From positions 1-57,641 of the IMG/VR virus record IMGVR_UViG_3300021438_000003: DNA of 57,641 nucleotides; one strand, written 5' to 3'. Below are positions 36,644-46,134 of this stretch, one piece after another. Both the position numbers and the translations under genes were made by a program. The stretch is from a virus. Taxonomy: Duplodnaviria; Caudoviricetes. The first letter of the stretch is position 1. Each line of letters opens with the position of its first letter. The notes beneath the pieces are model-generated. The model made no database searches and was not told the DNA's origin. It saw only the letters and a list, made by a program, of their open reading frames with translations.

Positions 36644-38896
36644 ATGCCACCAATTAATCAATTATCCTTCGGGGAGTTAAAGAACAGAGCTCAGCAGATA
36701 TTACTTAGAGACTCAGCTAGATTAGCCGGTACTAATTACTCCGCTTATCCCGGTAGGCAAATAGCTCCAATGTCTGCTTTAACTCAAAGAGCACAGAGTC
36801 TGGAGCAAAGAAGACTTGCTAAAGGTATGCCCTATCAAAGCGGTCTGGATACACTAGCTAATGCGCAGGCTCAAGGGATAACACCTGATAATATAAATAA
36901 TATTCTAGGTAATGTTGATGCCAGTCAAGGTAATTTTAATCAAAACGTTCTATTGAATAAACTTAATCGTCAATATGGCCAAAGGTTAGACCCTTATCTA
37001 CCGAGACTTGAAAACAAACTACAGCAGGATAGCGGTACTAAACTAAGAGAACTTGGTTCTGATATTGAAAGTCTAAACGCACCTGTTAGAAAGCTTGAGG
37101 GTAAAAAGAATAGAGCTGCCTTTACAGCTCTTAACCAGTTATCCAGATCAAAAGAAGCTAGAGAAAGAAGTCTTATAAATGATTTATACGGTTATGGCGA
37201 ACAAAAACACGGAATAGTAAATAAAGGATTAACAGCTGAAAAAGCACGTTTTGAAGCAGAAAGAAACAATCCTTACGCTCGTCTTCAAAACCTCCAGCAA
37301 GCGTTAAATAACCTTGGCGGAGGTGAAAGTGGTGATCTGGCAGGGCATCCTGATCTTGACAGATTGAATGCTCAACAGCTCACAAGAGCATTACAGGCTT
37401 ATGGTATAGATACAGGTAGGCCAAGCGAAGAATGGGAAAACGCCCCAAGAACGAATACACCTGTTTATCAAGGTAGATTGGTTGAGCCTGTTAATCAAAA
37501 AATGGATAGATCATATAAACTGGCTGAAGAATTAAGCCCTTTTTATAAAGACCAATCTTATCTTGATCGTAAGCTTACACGCAAAGATATTATGGACACG
37601 CCTAACTCTATTAATAGAGCGGTAGAAGGATTACCTGAACAACTTAATCCTAAGTTTGCAGCACTTGATACAGAAGCTAAAAGAAAATTGAAAGCCGATA
37701 TAAACGCATTAAACGCCAAGTACATAAAACAAGGTACTTATGGTTCTCAAGCTCACCTGCAAGCAGTAGCCAATAGAACGAGAGAGTTGAGTGAAGCTAC
37801 ACTTGGTGCACGTAGTAAGGCGACTAAAGAAGATTTGTTAAAAGGTGTAACGGCTAATTTATACGGGGATATAAACAAGATAGGTCAATTAGGTCAATAT
37901 GACCAATTAGCTAATACCGAGTTTGGTAACAAACTTGCTGATATAAAAAGTACTAACTTAAGGGGTCTTGAAAAGTGGAAAAACGATCAAGAACAAAACG
38001 AACAGTTATATAGATCATACCAGAATGAACGTAGCTGGCAACAACCAAGATTACTAAGTAATGCACGTAGCACAGGTGTTGCAGCGGGCATAGATAGTGG
38101 GATTGGTAGTGTGTTCAATCATTTTAATAATCAAGGTATTGACCTGTCTTCCATATCAGATTTAAGAAATAGATATAGTGAGCTTGAGAAAGAACTTGAA
38201 AATAGGGATAACTCTATTAAATCCGCTGAAGAATATAAAACAAGACAGGAAGAATTAGCCCGTCAAAACGCAGCTGATTTTGAAAAAGAACGTAATCAGA
38301 GAGTCAGTTTAGAGCGTGAACGTAATGATTTTAATCAAAGATTACAACAGGAAATAGCAGCTCGCCAGCAAATGGAACAAGACCAACAAAGACGTGGTGA
38401 ACTTGAGCGTCAACAAAGAGTGTTACAAGAAAGAGCAGCTGAAAATGAAAGGGTAAGAGCTACTGAAGAAGAAAGAAGAGCTGCCGAGCAAAGAGCAGCT
38501 GAAGAAGCAAGAGTTCGCCAGCAGCAGGATGCACAAAGACAAGCTGCTGAGGCAGAACGTGTGCGTCAGGAACAAGCAAGAGTTGAGCAACAACGGCAAG
38601 CTGAAATACAACGTCAGGTAGCTGAACAGCAAAGACAAGCTGCGTTGCAAGCTCAATTAGCACAACAAGCTCGTCAAGCAGAACAGCAAAATAGAATTAA
38701 TAACTCAATGCAAGAAATTAGAAATAGAGATAAACGTTTTGGATCTCATTATAGCGATGCTTATATAAAAGCTATTATGGAACAGGAAGCCAAAACAGGG
38801 AGAGGTACTTATAGACACCAGACTAATCCAAGACTTCCAGGATTTATAGATGTATTTAAACCCGGCTATAATCCGTTCCTTAATAAATATCAATAA
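36644..38896 (+). CDS. DNA transfer/pilot-like protein with duplicated domain and Q/E/R-rich helical tail
   Basis: YSAYPGRQIAPMS and PVYQGRLVEPVN repeats; GTYGS; long QERA-rich C-terminus. Confidence 0.7.
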   Translation: MPPINQLSFGELKNRAQQILLRDSARLAGTNYSAYPGRQIAPMSALTQRAQSLEQRRLAKGMPYQSGLDTLANAQAQGITPDNINNILGNVDASQGNFNQNVLLNKLNRQYGQRLDPYLPRLENKLQQDSGTKLRELGSDIESLNAPVRKLEGKKNRAAFTALNQLSRSKEARERSLINDLYGYGEQKHGIVNKGLTAEKARFEAERNNPYARLQNLQQALNNLGGGESGDLAGHPDLDRLNAQQLTRALQAYGIDTGRPSEEWENAPRTNTPVYQGRLVEPVNQKMDRSYKLAEELSPFYKDQSYLDRKLTRKDIMDTPNSINRAVEGLPEQLNPKFAALDTEAKRKLKADINALNAKYIKQGTYGSQAHLQAVANRTRELSEATLGARSKATKEDLLKGVTANLYGDINKIGQLGQYDQLANTEFGNKLADIKSTNLRGLEKWKNDQEQNEQLYRSYQNERSWQQPRLLSNARSTGVAAGIDSGIGSVFNHFNNQGIDLSSISDLRNRYSELEKELENRDNSIKSAEEYKTRQEELARQNAADFEKERNQRVSLERERNDFNQRLQQEIAARQQMEQDQQRRGELERQQRVLQERAAENERVRATEEERRAAEQRAAEEARVRQQQDAQRQAAEAERVRQEQARVEQQRQAEIQRQVAEQQRQAALQAQLAQQARQAEQQNRINNSMQEIRNRDKRFGSHYSDAYIKAIMEQEAKTGRGTYRHQTNPRLPGFIDVFKPGYNPFLNKYQ

Positions 38897-38925
38897 ACAT
38901 AACACATTGGATATAGTACGATAAA

Positions 38926-39174
38926 TTAATCTTTATCGTACTTCATCGATTTATAGATTTTATATTGATCGGCAAATAAGTAAAATTGATTTAACCAATT
39001 ATTAAAATATTCGCACTTACCTATAGCGCATAATGGCTCAAGCTCGTCCGCTACATCTTTACCCGGCATTGGTAGAGGTGGTAAATCAAGCGTTGAAATA
39101 CAGATATTATTTTTCTGAGCGCATCCACTTAAAATTATCACTAAGAGTGCGAGGCTTATTGTTTTGTTTAACAT
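38926..39174 (-). CDS. Outer-membrane spanin (Rz1-like lipoprotein)
   Basis: ILSGC lipobox; Pro-rich DLPPLPMPG; overlaps the i-spanin candidate. Confidence 0.75.
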   Translation of the reverse strand: MLNKTISLALLVIILSGCAQKNNICISTLDLPPLPMPGKDVADELEPLCAIGKCEYFNNWLNQFYLFADQYKIYKSMKYDKD

Positions 39175-39355
39175 TGAGTAATTTTTTTTGAATTTTTATA
39201 TTATTATTTTGCTCTTCAACTGTTTTTTTTAATATCTCATTTTCGTCATATATACATTTAATTTTATATATGAAATAAAACAAAGCTACTAATAGTGTGC
39301 CGTATACACCTATAGCTCTTATATTATCGATTAAATAGCTTATATATTGGTTCAT
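39107..39355 (-). CDS. Inner-membrane spanin (Rz-like)
   Basis: N-terminal TM plus coiled coil; overlaps the lipoprotein gene. Confidence 0.7.
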   Translation of the reverse strand: MNQYISYLIDNIRAIGVYGTLLVALFYFIYKIKCIYDENEILKKTVEEQNNNIKIQKKLLNVKQNNKPRTLSDNFKWMRSEK

Positions 39356-40035
39356 TCTGAATCACCTAACATAACCAAATCTTCTTGTTCGTTTATATCA
39401 ATTCTAACAAATTCATCCTCAATATACTTAAGTAGTTCATCTTCTTTAGAATTTAAAATATCCGTATTCTCTATAATTTTTAAATTTAACTCTTCTATTG
39501 ATTGATTTTTTTCTTTAACTAAATTGTTTAATTTATCATTTTCAGAACTTAAATTTGATATTTCTCTATCTTTATCAATAACACTAGCCTTGAAAGCTTT
39601 TATCTCATTATCTTTATCCACAATATTAGCTTTTAAAGTTGATATTTCTTTATCTTTAACCGAAAGTATGTTTATTAAACTATTTATTTCGTTATTTTTA
39701 GCTACTAAAGTAGAACTAGTGTTAGTTAACTGAACTGTCAAATTACTAATTTGATTATCTTTTGTTGTAATTATGTTATTTCTTTCAGTTATATTTTGAT
39801 TTAATTGGTTTATAGTATTATCTTTTAAAGCTAATACGTTCTTTTGTAAATTATTTATTATTTCACTTTTTTTAGTAATATCTAAATCTTTTTGAGATAA
39901 CATAGTTTTTAAACTATTTATTTCACTTATTAACTTATTTTTTTCCTGATTTATTTTTTCTTGCTTAGCTGCTTCAAAAGCAGCTCTTTTTTCAGCACCT
40001 ATTTTTTGGGCTTCTGCAAATGTTACTGCTTTCAT
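39352..40035 (-). CDS. Long coiled-coil protein
   Basis: KD.EI..L 14-aa periodicity; ends EDLVMLGDSE. Confidence 0.75.
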   Translation of the reverse strand: MKAVTFAEAQKIGAEKRAAFEAAKQEKINQEKNKLISEINSLKTMLSQKDLDITKKSEIINNLQKNVLALKDNTINQLNQNITERNNIITTKDNQISNLTVQLTNTSSTLVAKNNEINSLINILSVKDKEISTLKANIVDKDNEIKAFKASVIDKDREISNLSSENDKLNNLVKEKNQSIEELNLKIIENTDILNSKEDELLKYIEDEFVRIDINEQEDLVMLGDSE

Positions 40036-40712
40036 ATATCAAATCTCAATCCTAATGTTAAGTTATGTATGGTATAATTTCTATTGCCAATATTACTTAT
40101 ACCACCTATATTTTTATTTCTATTGCTACCAAGATTAAAGTAGTTATAACTAACATCACATTTAGTATTATTAGTTATCTGAAATTCTAAACCTGTTGAT
40201 AACTTATAAGCAAATTTATTAAAATTATTACTTTGTTTCTTTAACTGAACTGTACTACCATCAGAGTTAAATAAAATATTACCCGTTGTTGTTTCTTTTA
40301 TCTGGGATATACCAATACCACCACCTATATAATGTGTGATATTATTGTAAGTGATAGTGTTTTTATAAATATTATACATTATACTATCAATTTTAGTTTT
40401 AGAATTAACTGTATATTTATCGTTCAATTTATTTGTAGATATTTCATTGGTATTAAATAGAAAATAATAATCACCTACAATTTCAATTCTTATATCATGA
40501 GGTAAATTTATACCCACACCTAATTCTATTAAAGGGAATTTGTCAGATAGTTCTACTTTCCCGACAAATTCATGATTGGCAAATTTGTTATCATAAATAT
40601 AATTTAAACCTATAGCTCCTTTAATATAATAATCGGCCTTATATCGTAAATCAGCGTACGTGTTATTAATAAAGAGAAAGCAAGACGTAACTATATAACT
40701 TAATTTTTTCAT
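40032..40712 (-). CDS. 8-stranded outer-membrane beta-barrel, Rickettsia Adr1/Adr2-like
   Basis: Signal peptide; PLIELGVG, IGGGIG...IKE, AYKL..G...QI and C-terminal HNLTLGLRFDI. Confidence 0.85.
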   Translation of the reverse strand: MKKLSYIVTSCFLFINNTYADLRYKADYYIKGAIGLNYIYDNKFANHEFVGKVELSDKFPLIELGVGINLPHDIRIEIVGDYYFLFNTNEISTNKLNDKYTVNSKTKIDSIMYNIYKNTITYNNITHYIGGGIGISQIKETTTGNILFNSDGSTVQLKKQSNNFNKFAYKLSTGLEFQITNNTKCDVSYNYFNLGSNRNKNIGGISNIGNRNYTIHNLTLGLRFDI

Positions 40713-40726
40713 TCGATTTTATAAAT

Positions 40727-41215
40727 TTATTTTTTCCTATTATACCAGTTATTCAAGTATTGTTTAACTACTTCTTTATCTTCAATAATTATTACGTTCT
40801 CACTATTTCTTTTATCAGCTGCTTCTGTAAAGTTAAATGAACCGGTAATAACTTTTTTCTCATCAATAATCATTACTTTATTATGAGCTATACCTGGTAC
40901 AACATCTATACTAATATCAACACCTGCTTGTTTTAAATCTTTAAGTTTGGAATATCCTTTTTGAGCAATATTTGACCTATCTAATATGAGGGATACTTTA
41001 ATGCCTCTTAAATGTGCGTTTATTAAGCTATCAGCTATTGACTTGGAAGTAAAACCATACGCTTGGACATATATAGTATTCTTAGCATTATTTATTTCAT
41101 CAATTATCTTTTCAGAACAACCAGAAGGAGGTGTAAAACACACATCAAGTTTTGATGCAAAAGAATTATTTAATAGTAAAACTATTATCAAACCGACTTT
41201 AAGCAATATTTTCAT
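40727..41215 (-). CDS. Phospholipase D / Nuc-family HKD protein, exported
   Basis: Signal peptide; single HKD motif HNKVMIID....TGSFNFT; N.EN. Confidence 0.92.
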   Translation of the reverse strand: MKILLKVGLIIVLLLNNSFASKLDVCFTPPSGCSEKIIDEINNAKNTIYVQAYGFTSKSIADSLINAHLRGIKVSLILDRSNIAQKGYSKLKDLKQAGVDISIDVVPGIAHNKVMIIDEKKVITGSFNFTEAADKRNSENVIIIEDKEVVKQYLNNWYNRKK

Positions 41216-41651
41216 TGTTCCATAACCTTATTTCTATTTTTCTTCTATTCTCAAGACCTTTTAATTTAGTTTTGTCATGATAAACCCATCTCATAAATTG
41301 AGTTGGTATTTTTTCCCATAATTCACTATTGATAAATTTTAATAGTGTTGATGTTTTAAAGTTGGTTCTTCCAACATTAAAAACAAAACAAACCAAAGCG
41401 TCAAATTGATTCTGAGTTAGCTTAATCTTAACATATTTATTAACAGCATCTTCAGCTATTTTCATATCTTTTTCCAAAATATATTCTGCTTCATCTTCCG
41501 TTATAGGTTCAATTATTGTTTCACCCGGTAATATAACATGGCCGTATCCTATTGTTCTTTTACCTGCCGGGCAGATGTAACTTTTTCCTGAGAATCCCTT
41601 ACCTTCCTCCAGTATTTTAAGCAAATCTATTCCTTTTTCACTAGTCTTCAT
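41199..41651 (-). CDS. Endolysin (GH24 phage lysozyme)
   Basis: E..G.....Y.CPAGKRTIGYGH; QNQFDALV.F.FNVG; GL.NRR..E. Confidence 0.93.
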   Translation of the reverse strand: MKTSEKGIDLLKILEEGKGFSGKSYICPAGKRTIGYGHVILPGETIIEPITEDEAEYILEKDMKIAEDAVNKYVKIKLTQNQFDALVCFVFNVGRTNFKTSTLLKFINSELWEKIPTQFMRWVYHDKTKLKGLENRRKIEIRLWNNENIA

Positions 41652-41824
41652 TTATTTTCAGGTGATGATGGTGTTAGATCAATAGCAATTCCTGTCTCAG
41701 TTTTGATTATCTCTTCTGATATTTCTTCTATAGCATTATCATCACCATAAAAGAAAACTGACCCTATGCCTATAATTATTACCAATATTAAAATCATATA
41801 TTTATACCTAAGCAAAAACTTCAT
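41648..41824 (-). CDS. 58-aa single-TM protein upstream of the lysozyme (holin candidate; not in ORF track)
   Basis: MKFLLRYKYMILILVIIIGIGSVFFYGDDNAIEEISEEIIKTETGIAIDLTPSSPENK*; ATGA overlap with lysozyme; alternative start at 41797. Confidence 0.6.
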   Translation of the reverse strand: MKFLLRYKYMILILVIIIGIGSVFFYGDDNAIEEISEEIIKTETGIAIDLTPSSPENK

Positions 41825-43127
41825 TCTTTAATACCTCAAATAAATTTTCCTGCGTACTATCTTTAGCTGTTAAAACTTCCATTACCTTTTCATCCTTACA
41901 GTTTTTGCTAACCAAATGATGAACAATAACAGGTTTACTTTGCCCCTGACGATGCAAACGAGCATTAAATTGTTTATAACTATCCATGCGCCATGTTAAA
42001 CCAAACCAGATAATTATTCTACCCCCTTGTTGTAGATTTAACCCTTCTGCGCTGTTGCATTGGCATAATAATAGCTTTATCTCTCCCTTATTCCATCTTT
42101 TTTCCACATCATTTATATTCTTACTGGTAAGAGTAACAGCACCTTTAAACCTGCTTTTTATTCGTTCTTCATCTGATTTGAAATTAAATGCAACTAGTAT
42201 ATTATCATCCTCATATTGATCAATAAGTTCTTCCAACATATCAAGTTTATTATTATGTATTTCCACCCAATCACCGGTATCGTTATAAACAGCTCCGTTG
42301 CAGTATTGCAGAAGTTTGTTACATAATACTCCTGCGTTTACTGCCGTTAGCTCTTCATTCCTTATCCGCATATAAAACTCCTTTTCAAAAGATTTATACA
42401 TATTATAATTATCTATTTGAACACTTATAATATTATCTATCTTATCCGGAAGAGATATATAGTCCTCAGCTCGCATATAGAGCCATTTTGTACTAATACG
42501 CTTTGATATGAGTTCCGGATAAACACATTCAAACCCATAACCATTAATATTAGGCCTAAAGTACATTGACCTATACGTTGTTATGTTATGACCAAGTGCT
42601 TCGCCTCTATCAATTAGAAACTGCTGCGACCACATATCAGCAAATCCTTTAGGCATTGGTGTACCGCTAAGTAGAACTATATATTTATATGTAAACTTTT
42701 TTAAGGCCTTAAAACGACTTGATCCGTGATTTTTGAACTTATGGCTCTCATCAACAATGATCATACCATATTTATCAAAACCCTGATCCTTCATCCATTC
42801 GATGTTTTCCTGATTTATGATATAAATATCACACTCTTTCTTTAAATTTTCTAGTCGTTCTTTTTCACTTCCACAGCAGATTGAGTATGTTAAATGTTTA
42901 GTGTGTTCCCATTTATTTATCTCATTTCCCCATACGTTCTTTGCAACGTTAAGAGGGGCAATAATTAGCACTTTCTTAACTTTGTAATTATGTAGTCTTA
43001 CAAAAGAAGTAAGGCCTATGATTGTTTTACCAAGCCCCATGTCAATAGCAAGACCACATCTTTTTTTATTAAGAATGTAATTGATAGCTCTTTGCTGATA
43101 GTCCCTTAAATCAAGTTCACTGAGCAC
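41808..43127 (-). CDS. SNF2-family helicase
   Basis: DMGLGKT, DESH, LSGTP, GLNLQ and Q.NARLHRQGQ motifs. Confidence 0.93.
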   Translation of the reverse strand: MLSELDLRDYQQRAINYILNKKRCGLAIDMGLGKTIIGLTSFVRLHNYKVKKVLIIAPLNVAKNVWGNEINKWEHTKHLTYSICCGSEKERLENLKKECDIYIINQENIEWMKDQGFDKYGMIIVDESHKFKNHGSSRFKALKKFTYKYIVLLSGTPMPKGFADMWSQQFLIDRGEALGHNITTYRSMYFRPNINGYGFECVYPELISKRISTKWLYMRAEDYISLPDKIDNIISVQIDNYNMYKSFEKEFYMRIRNEELTAVNAGVLCNKLLQYCNGAVYNDTGDWVEIHNNKLDMLEELIDQYEDDNILVAFNFKSDEERIKSRFKGAVTLTSKNINDVEKRWNKGEIKLLLCQCNSAEGLNLQQGGRIIIWFGLTWRMDSYKQFNARLHRQGQSKPVIVHHLVSKNCKDEKVMEVLTAKDSTQENLFEVLKNEVFA

Positions 43128-43131
43128 TTAT

Positions 43132-43473
43132 TTACCTTATCATTACATTGGATAAATTAAGGTTGTTTTCTACACGTACCTTTATTGTCAACAGGACTTT
43201 TAATAATCTGGTTGCCTGTTCAATATCATTCATAATGAACACGTCTACTTTATTCTTACCTATATCTTCAAAAACTTTAGACTGCAAAGCAGTTACCTTA
43301 CCCGCCTTACTCTTGAATTCAATAAAAAACACATACCCATGAGGATTTATAAAAATTCTATCAGGTACACCGCAATTTGATGGTGATGTAAACTTATAAC
43401 TCAGGTAACCTAATTTTAAAGCAGTGTCTTTAATTGCTTTTTCGAGTTGTCTTTCTGTTAATGGTTTCTTCAT
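43132..43473 (-). CDS. VRR-NUC nuclease
   Basis: KF.SP...GVPDR...FIEFK...G....LQ. Confidence 0.9.
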   Translation of the reverse strand: MKKPLTERQLEKAIKDTALKLGYLSYKFTSPSNCGVPDRIFINPHGYVFFIEFKSKAGKVTALQSKVFEDIGKNKVDVFIMNDIEQATRLLKVLLTIKVRVENNLNLSNVMIR

Positions 43474-44078
43474 ACTATTATAAGATTTATTATATTCTTA
43501 AGTGCTAGGACAATAAATAGCCCTCCTGTTACTATATTAATAATTAATCTGTAACGATTAATATACCTGCTAATAACACGTGATGATAATATCGAACAGG
43601 CACTTAAAAACCATATAGCAGCAAGCAGTGTCAACTCAACCCAGTAGCTTATAATAACACCTAAAGGTGCTTCTATATTAATAAAAGACGTCATTATGCT
43701 TATAAAAAAACTAAACGCAAGTGGGTTGGTAAACTCAACAAAAAATGCTTCTAGAAAATATCTTTTGGAATAACAATCATTGTTATAACTACCATCATCA
43801 GTACTGGTCATTGTCATAAACCCAATATAAAACAGATATAAGGAGCAGGCGAACTTGATATAGTCATAATTAATAACTTTAAGCTCTTTATTACTTATTA
43901 TAACAGCTAATATAATAGCTACCTGAATTGACGTACCAATAACAGTAGCAAGTGCTGCCATAAATCCGGCTTTTTTGCTTATTGCGCTGTTACGCAAGAT
44001 CAAACCTATTGATGGCCCAGGCATTATAGCTGCCATTAAGTATACAATACCTAGTTCTATAAAATTGTTTTCTAGCAT
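43470..44078 (-). CDS. LysE/RhtB-family amino-acid exporter
   Basis: Six TM segments; PGPS motif; YL.YIG; TNP. Confidence 0.88.
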   Translation of the reverse strand: MLENNFIELGIVYLMAAIMPGPSIGLILRNSAISKKAGFMAALATVIGTSIQVAIILAVIISNKELKVINYDYIKFACSLYLFYIGFMTMTSTDDGSYNNDCYSKRYFLEAFFVEFTNPLAFSFFISIMTSFINIEAPLGVIISYWVELTLLAAIWFLSACSILSSRVISRYINRYRLIINIVTGGLFIVLALKNIINLIIV

Positions 44079-44079
44079 T

Positions 44080-44313
44080 TTATTTATCCTTATATTTTAA
44101 AATTAAATTATATCTTTTTAACAATCTATCTAAAAATTCTTTATCTACTTTACCTTTTCCTCTTTCGAGTGTTCCTATTTTATTATCAGAACAGCCCATA
44201 TATCTACTTATCTCACTAACACTGATATTAGCCATCTTACGTAATACTTTTAACTGTTCTACCTGATCTATGGTTAAATCGATATAATTATTATGATCTC
44301 TTATTCTACCCAT
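44080..44313 (-). CDS. XRE-type HTH protein
   Basis: LKVLRKMANISVSEISRYMGCS...IGTLERG. Confidence 0.8.
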   Translation of the reverse strand: MGRIRDHNNYIDLTIDQVEQLKVLRKMANISVSEISRYMGCSDNKIGTLERGKGKVDKEFLDRLLKRYNLILKYKDK

Positions 44314-46063
44314 TATTTACACCTATTGTTTCTAATAACTCATATGTTTTAGCAATATACTTATCGTAATGTAAATCCTCTATTTTATCATTTAAGTTCA
44401 TTATCGGATAAGCATCATCTGTATTAGCCACCTTATCCCCCTTTTTATTGGTAATATGTTCACCTTTGGTTGACCAGTACCAGCGAACAACTTTACCAAG
44501 GTAATTACCTTTAAAATAACCTCCCGTTGTAACACGTCTGACCATTAAAAAGTTAATAGGGTCAGGGTTAATCTTTGCTTTATTTATGGTATATTCAATT
44601 GATATCCCTTTATTTACGTATGCAAAAATCGCCTCCTTGCATATCTTAATAGCAGGGTTACGTGAGATATCATCTGAAGCAAAAATACCCTTGCACTTCA
44701 AAGTATTGTCAGATTTAACGGCAATATATGAATTAACAGATTGATTATATAAAGCTTTATATTTTGTTTCCTCAATAGTAAATCCCGTTATCTGCTCCCA
44801 TATTTTTACAATATTAAAAAAAGCTTCATATCTGGTTTTTTTCATTAATACTGTTATCCCGTCAGTATTACTGCTAACTACATTAAAATCCCTACTCTCA
44901 AGTTCTTCTATAAGCATAAGCAGACTTAATTGTCCGGTAATTGTGGTATGGATAAGTAATTTAGGTGAGTAGAGCAAACTGTACTTATTACCAAACTTAC
45001 CGAAACTACCATTTAAAATAATCTTGAATACGTTAGCTTTAGTTTTATCACCTTTCTTTTTAGCCTCCAATCTCTGATCGTATATGTCTTTATAAAAATC
45101 TATAAAATCAGATTCCATAAAACATTCAGGAGCGTATCTGTTATTAAGAATAATAGAAGGATAATAGCTGACAACATCAACATCTATTAAATACTCATCA
45201 TTTCCAGCTATTATTTTTCGGTTGCTTTCCGTTGAATGAATACCACCAATACCAAGAGAGTATGTCTTATCATTAATAGTTACAGAACTAAGGGCTTTAT
45301 CCTTGATTAACTTATCCTCACTAGTTCCTTTGAACCTTATCTCTTTTATTTCTTCAAATAATTTTTTAAGCGGTTCTGTTGTAAATTTTATATATGACGG
45401 AGCGTTGTACGTGAAATCATACTCTTTAACCTTATTCTCAATATCATGTTTAACAAAGTCTCTTATTAGTACTTCTGCTATCTGAGCATCTGATCTACTT
45501 CTAACTTCAACTCCATATTCAGCGTTAATTGATTTTCTAATCTCAATATCATTCTTTAAATAATTATAAAGACTCATTGTTATATCAACGTCATTGGAGC
45601 AGTACTTTTTGAGCACTAACATCTCTTCGTTTGATAATCTGGTACTTGGATCATAAGGTAAGTCTTGCAGGAAAGGCGTATTAATTCTTGCGCCGTACAT
45701 TTTAAGACTCGCCTTACCAATTGCTACGTTAATAAGGTCAATATGGTCATACTCATATGGAGGCCATAATTTTAATTCAGAAATTGTGTCAAAATTATCA
45801 TCACTTATTAATTTATCTGACAGATACTTAAGCATTGCGTTATTATGATTACCAAAAGCAAACATGATCATTGGTAAGTCATAAAAACGCGAGTTAAATC
45901 CAACTGTTGTATTATTTGCAAGTATTGACTTTATTGCTGCAACATCCAGAATAGGGGAGTCTTTTGTAAGCTCGAATGATATCTCGTTACCTTCCTCATC
46001 CTTAAATAAAATCAAGAAATAATTAGGATAACATTCAGTATCCAGAAAGTAAGTTTTTTTCAT
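44306..46063 (-). CDS. Family B DNA polymerase with 3'-5' exonuclease
   Basis: ExoI DTEC, ExoII FN..FYD, ExoIII YC.ND; polymerase motifs DVVSYYP, K...NG.FGK and NTDG. Confidence 0.9.
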   Translation of the reverse strand: MKKTYFLDTECYPNYFLILFKDEEGNEISFELTKDSPILDVAAIKSILANNTTVGFNSRFYDLPMIMFAFGNHNNAMLKYLSDKLISDDNFDTISELKLWPPYEYDHIDLINVAIGKASLKMYGARINTPFLQDLPYDPSTRLSNEEMLVLKKYCSNDVDITMSLYNYLKNDIEIRKSINAEYGVEVRSRSDAQIAEVLIRDFVKHDIENKVKEYDFTYNAPSYIKFTTEPLKKLFEEIKEIRFKGTSEDKLIKDKALSSVTINDKTYSLGIGGIHSTESNRKIIAGNDEYLIDVDVVSYYPSIILNNRYAPECFMESDFIDFYKDIYDQRLEAKKKGDKTKANVFKIILNGSFGKFGNKYSLLYSPKLLIHTTITGQLSLLMLIEELESRDFNVVSSNTDGITVLMKKTRYEAFFNIVKIWEQITGFTIEETKYKALYNQSVNSYIAVKSDNTLKCKGIFASDDISRNPAIKICKEAIFAYVNKGISIEYTINKAKINPDPINFLMVRRVTTGGYFKGNYLGKVVRWYWSTKGEHITNKKGDKVANTDDAYPIMNLNDKIEDLHYDKYIAKTYELLETIGVNNG

Positions 46064-46095
46064 ATATTTATCCTGTTGTTTTCAGTTTCTTTTTT

Positions 46096-46134
46096 ATATT
46101 TTAATTGTACGATTTTTACGTACAATTAAAATAT
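46096..46134. promoter_or_regulatory. Perfect 16-bp inverted repeat between SSB and polymerase genes
   Basis: ATATTTTAATTGTACG-ATTTTTA-CGTACAATTAAAATAT. Confidence 0.6.

Noticed and set aside
9375-38905. Antisense and alternate-frame ORFs in the track (e.g. 9375, 11098, 12153, 12490, 14022, 15507, 18256, 18864, 24650, 34574, 38423-38905)
   Set aside because: They lie inside well-supported genes, lack RBSs, and show shadow-ORF composition.
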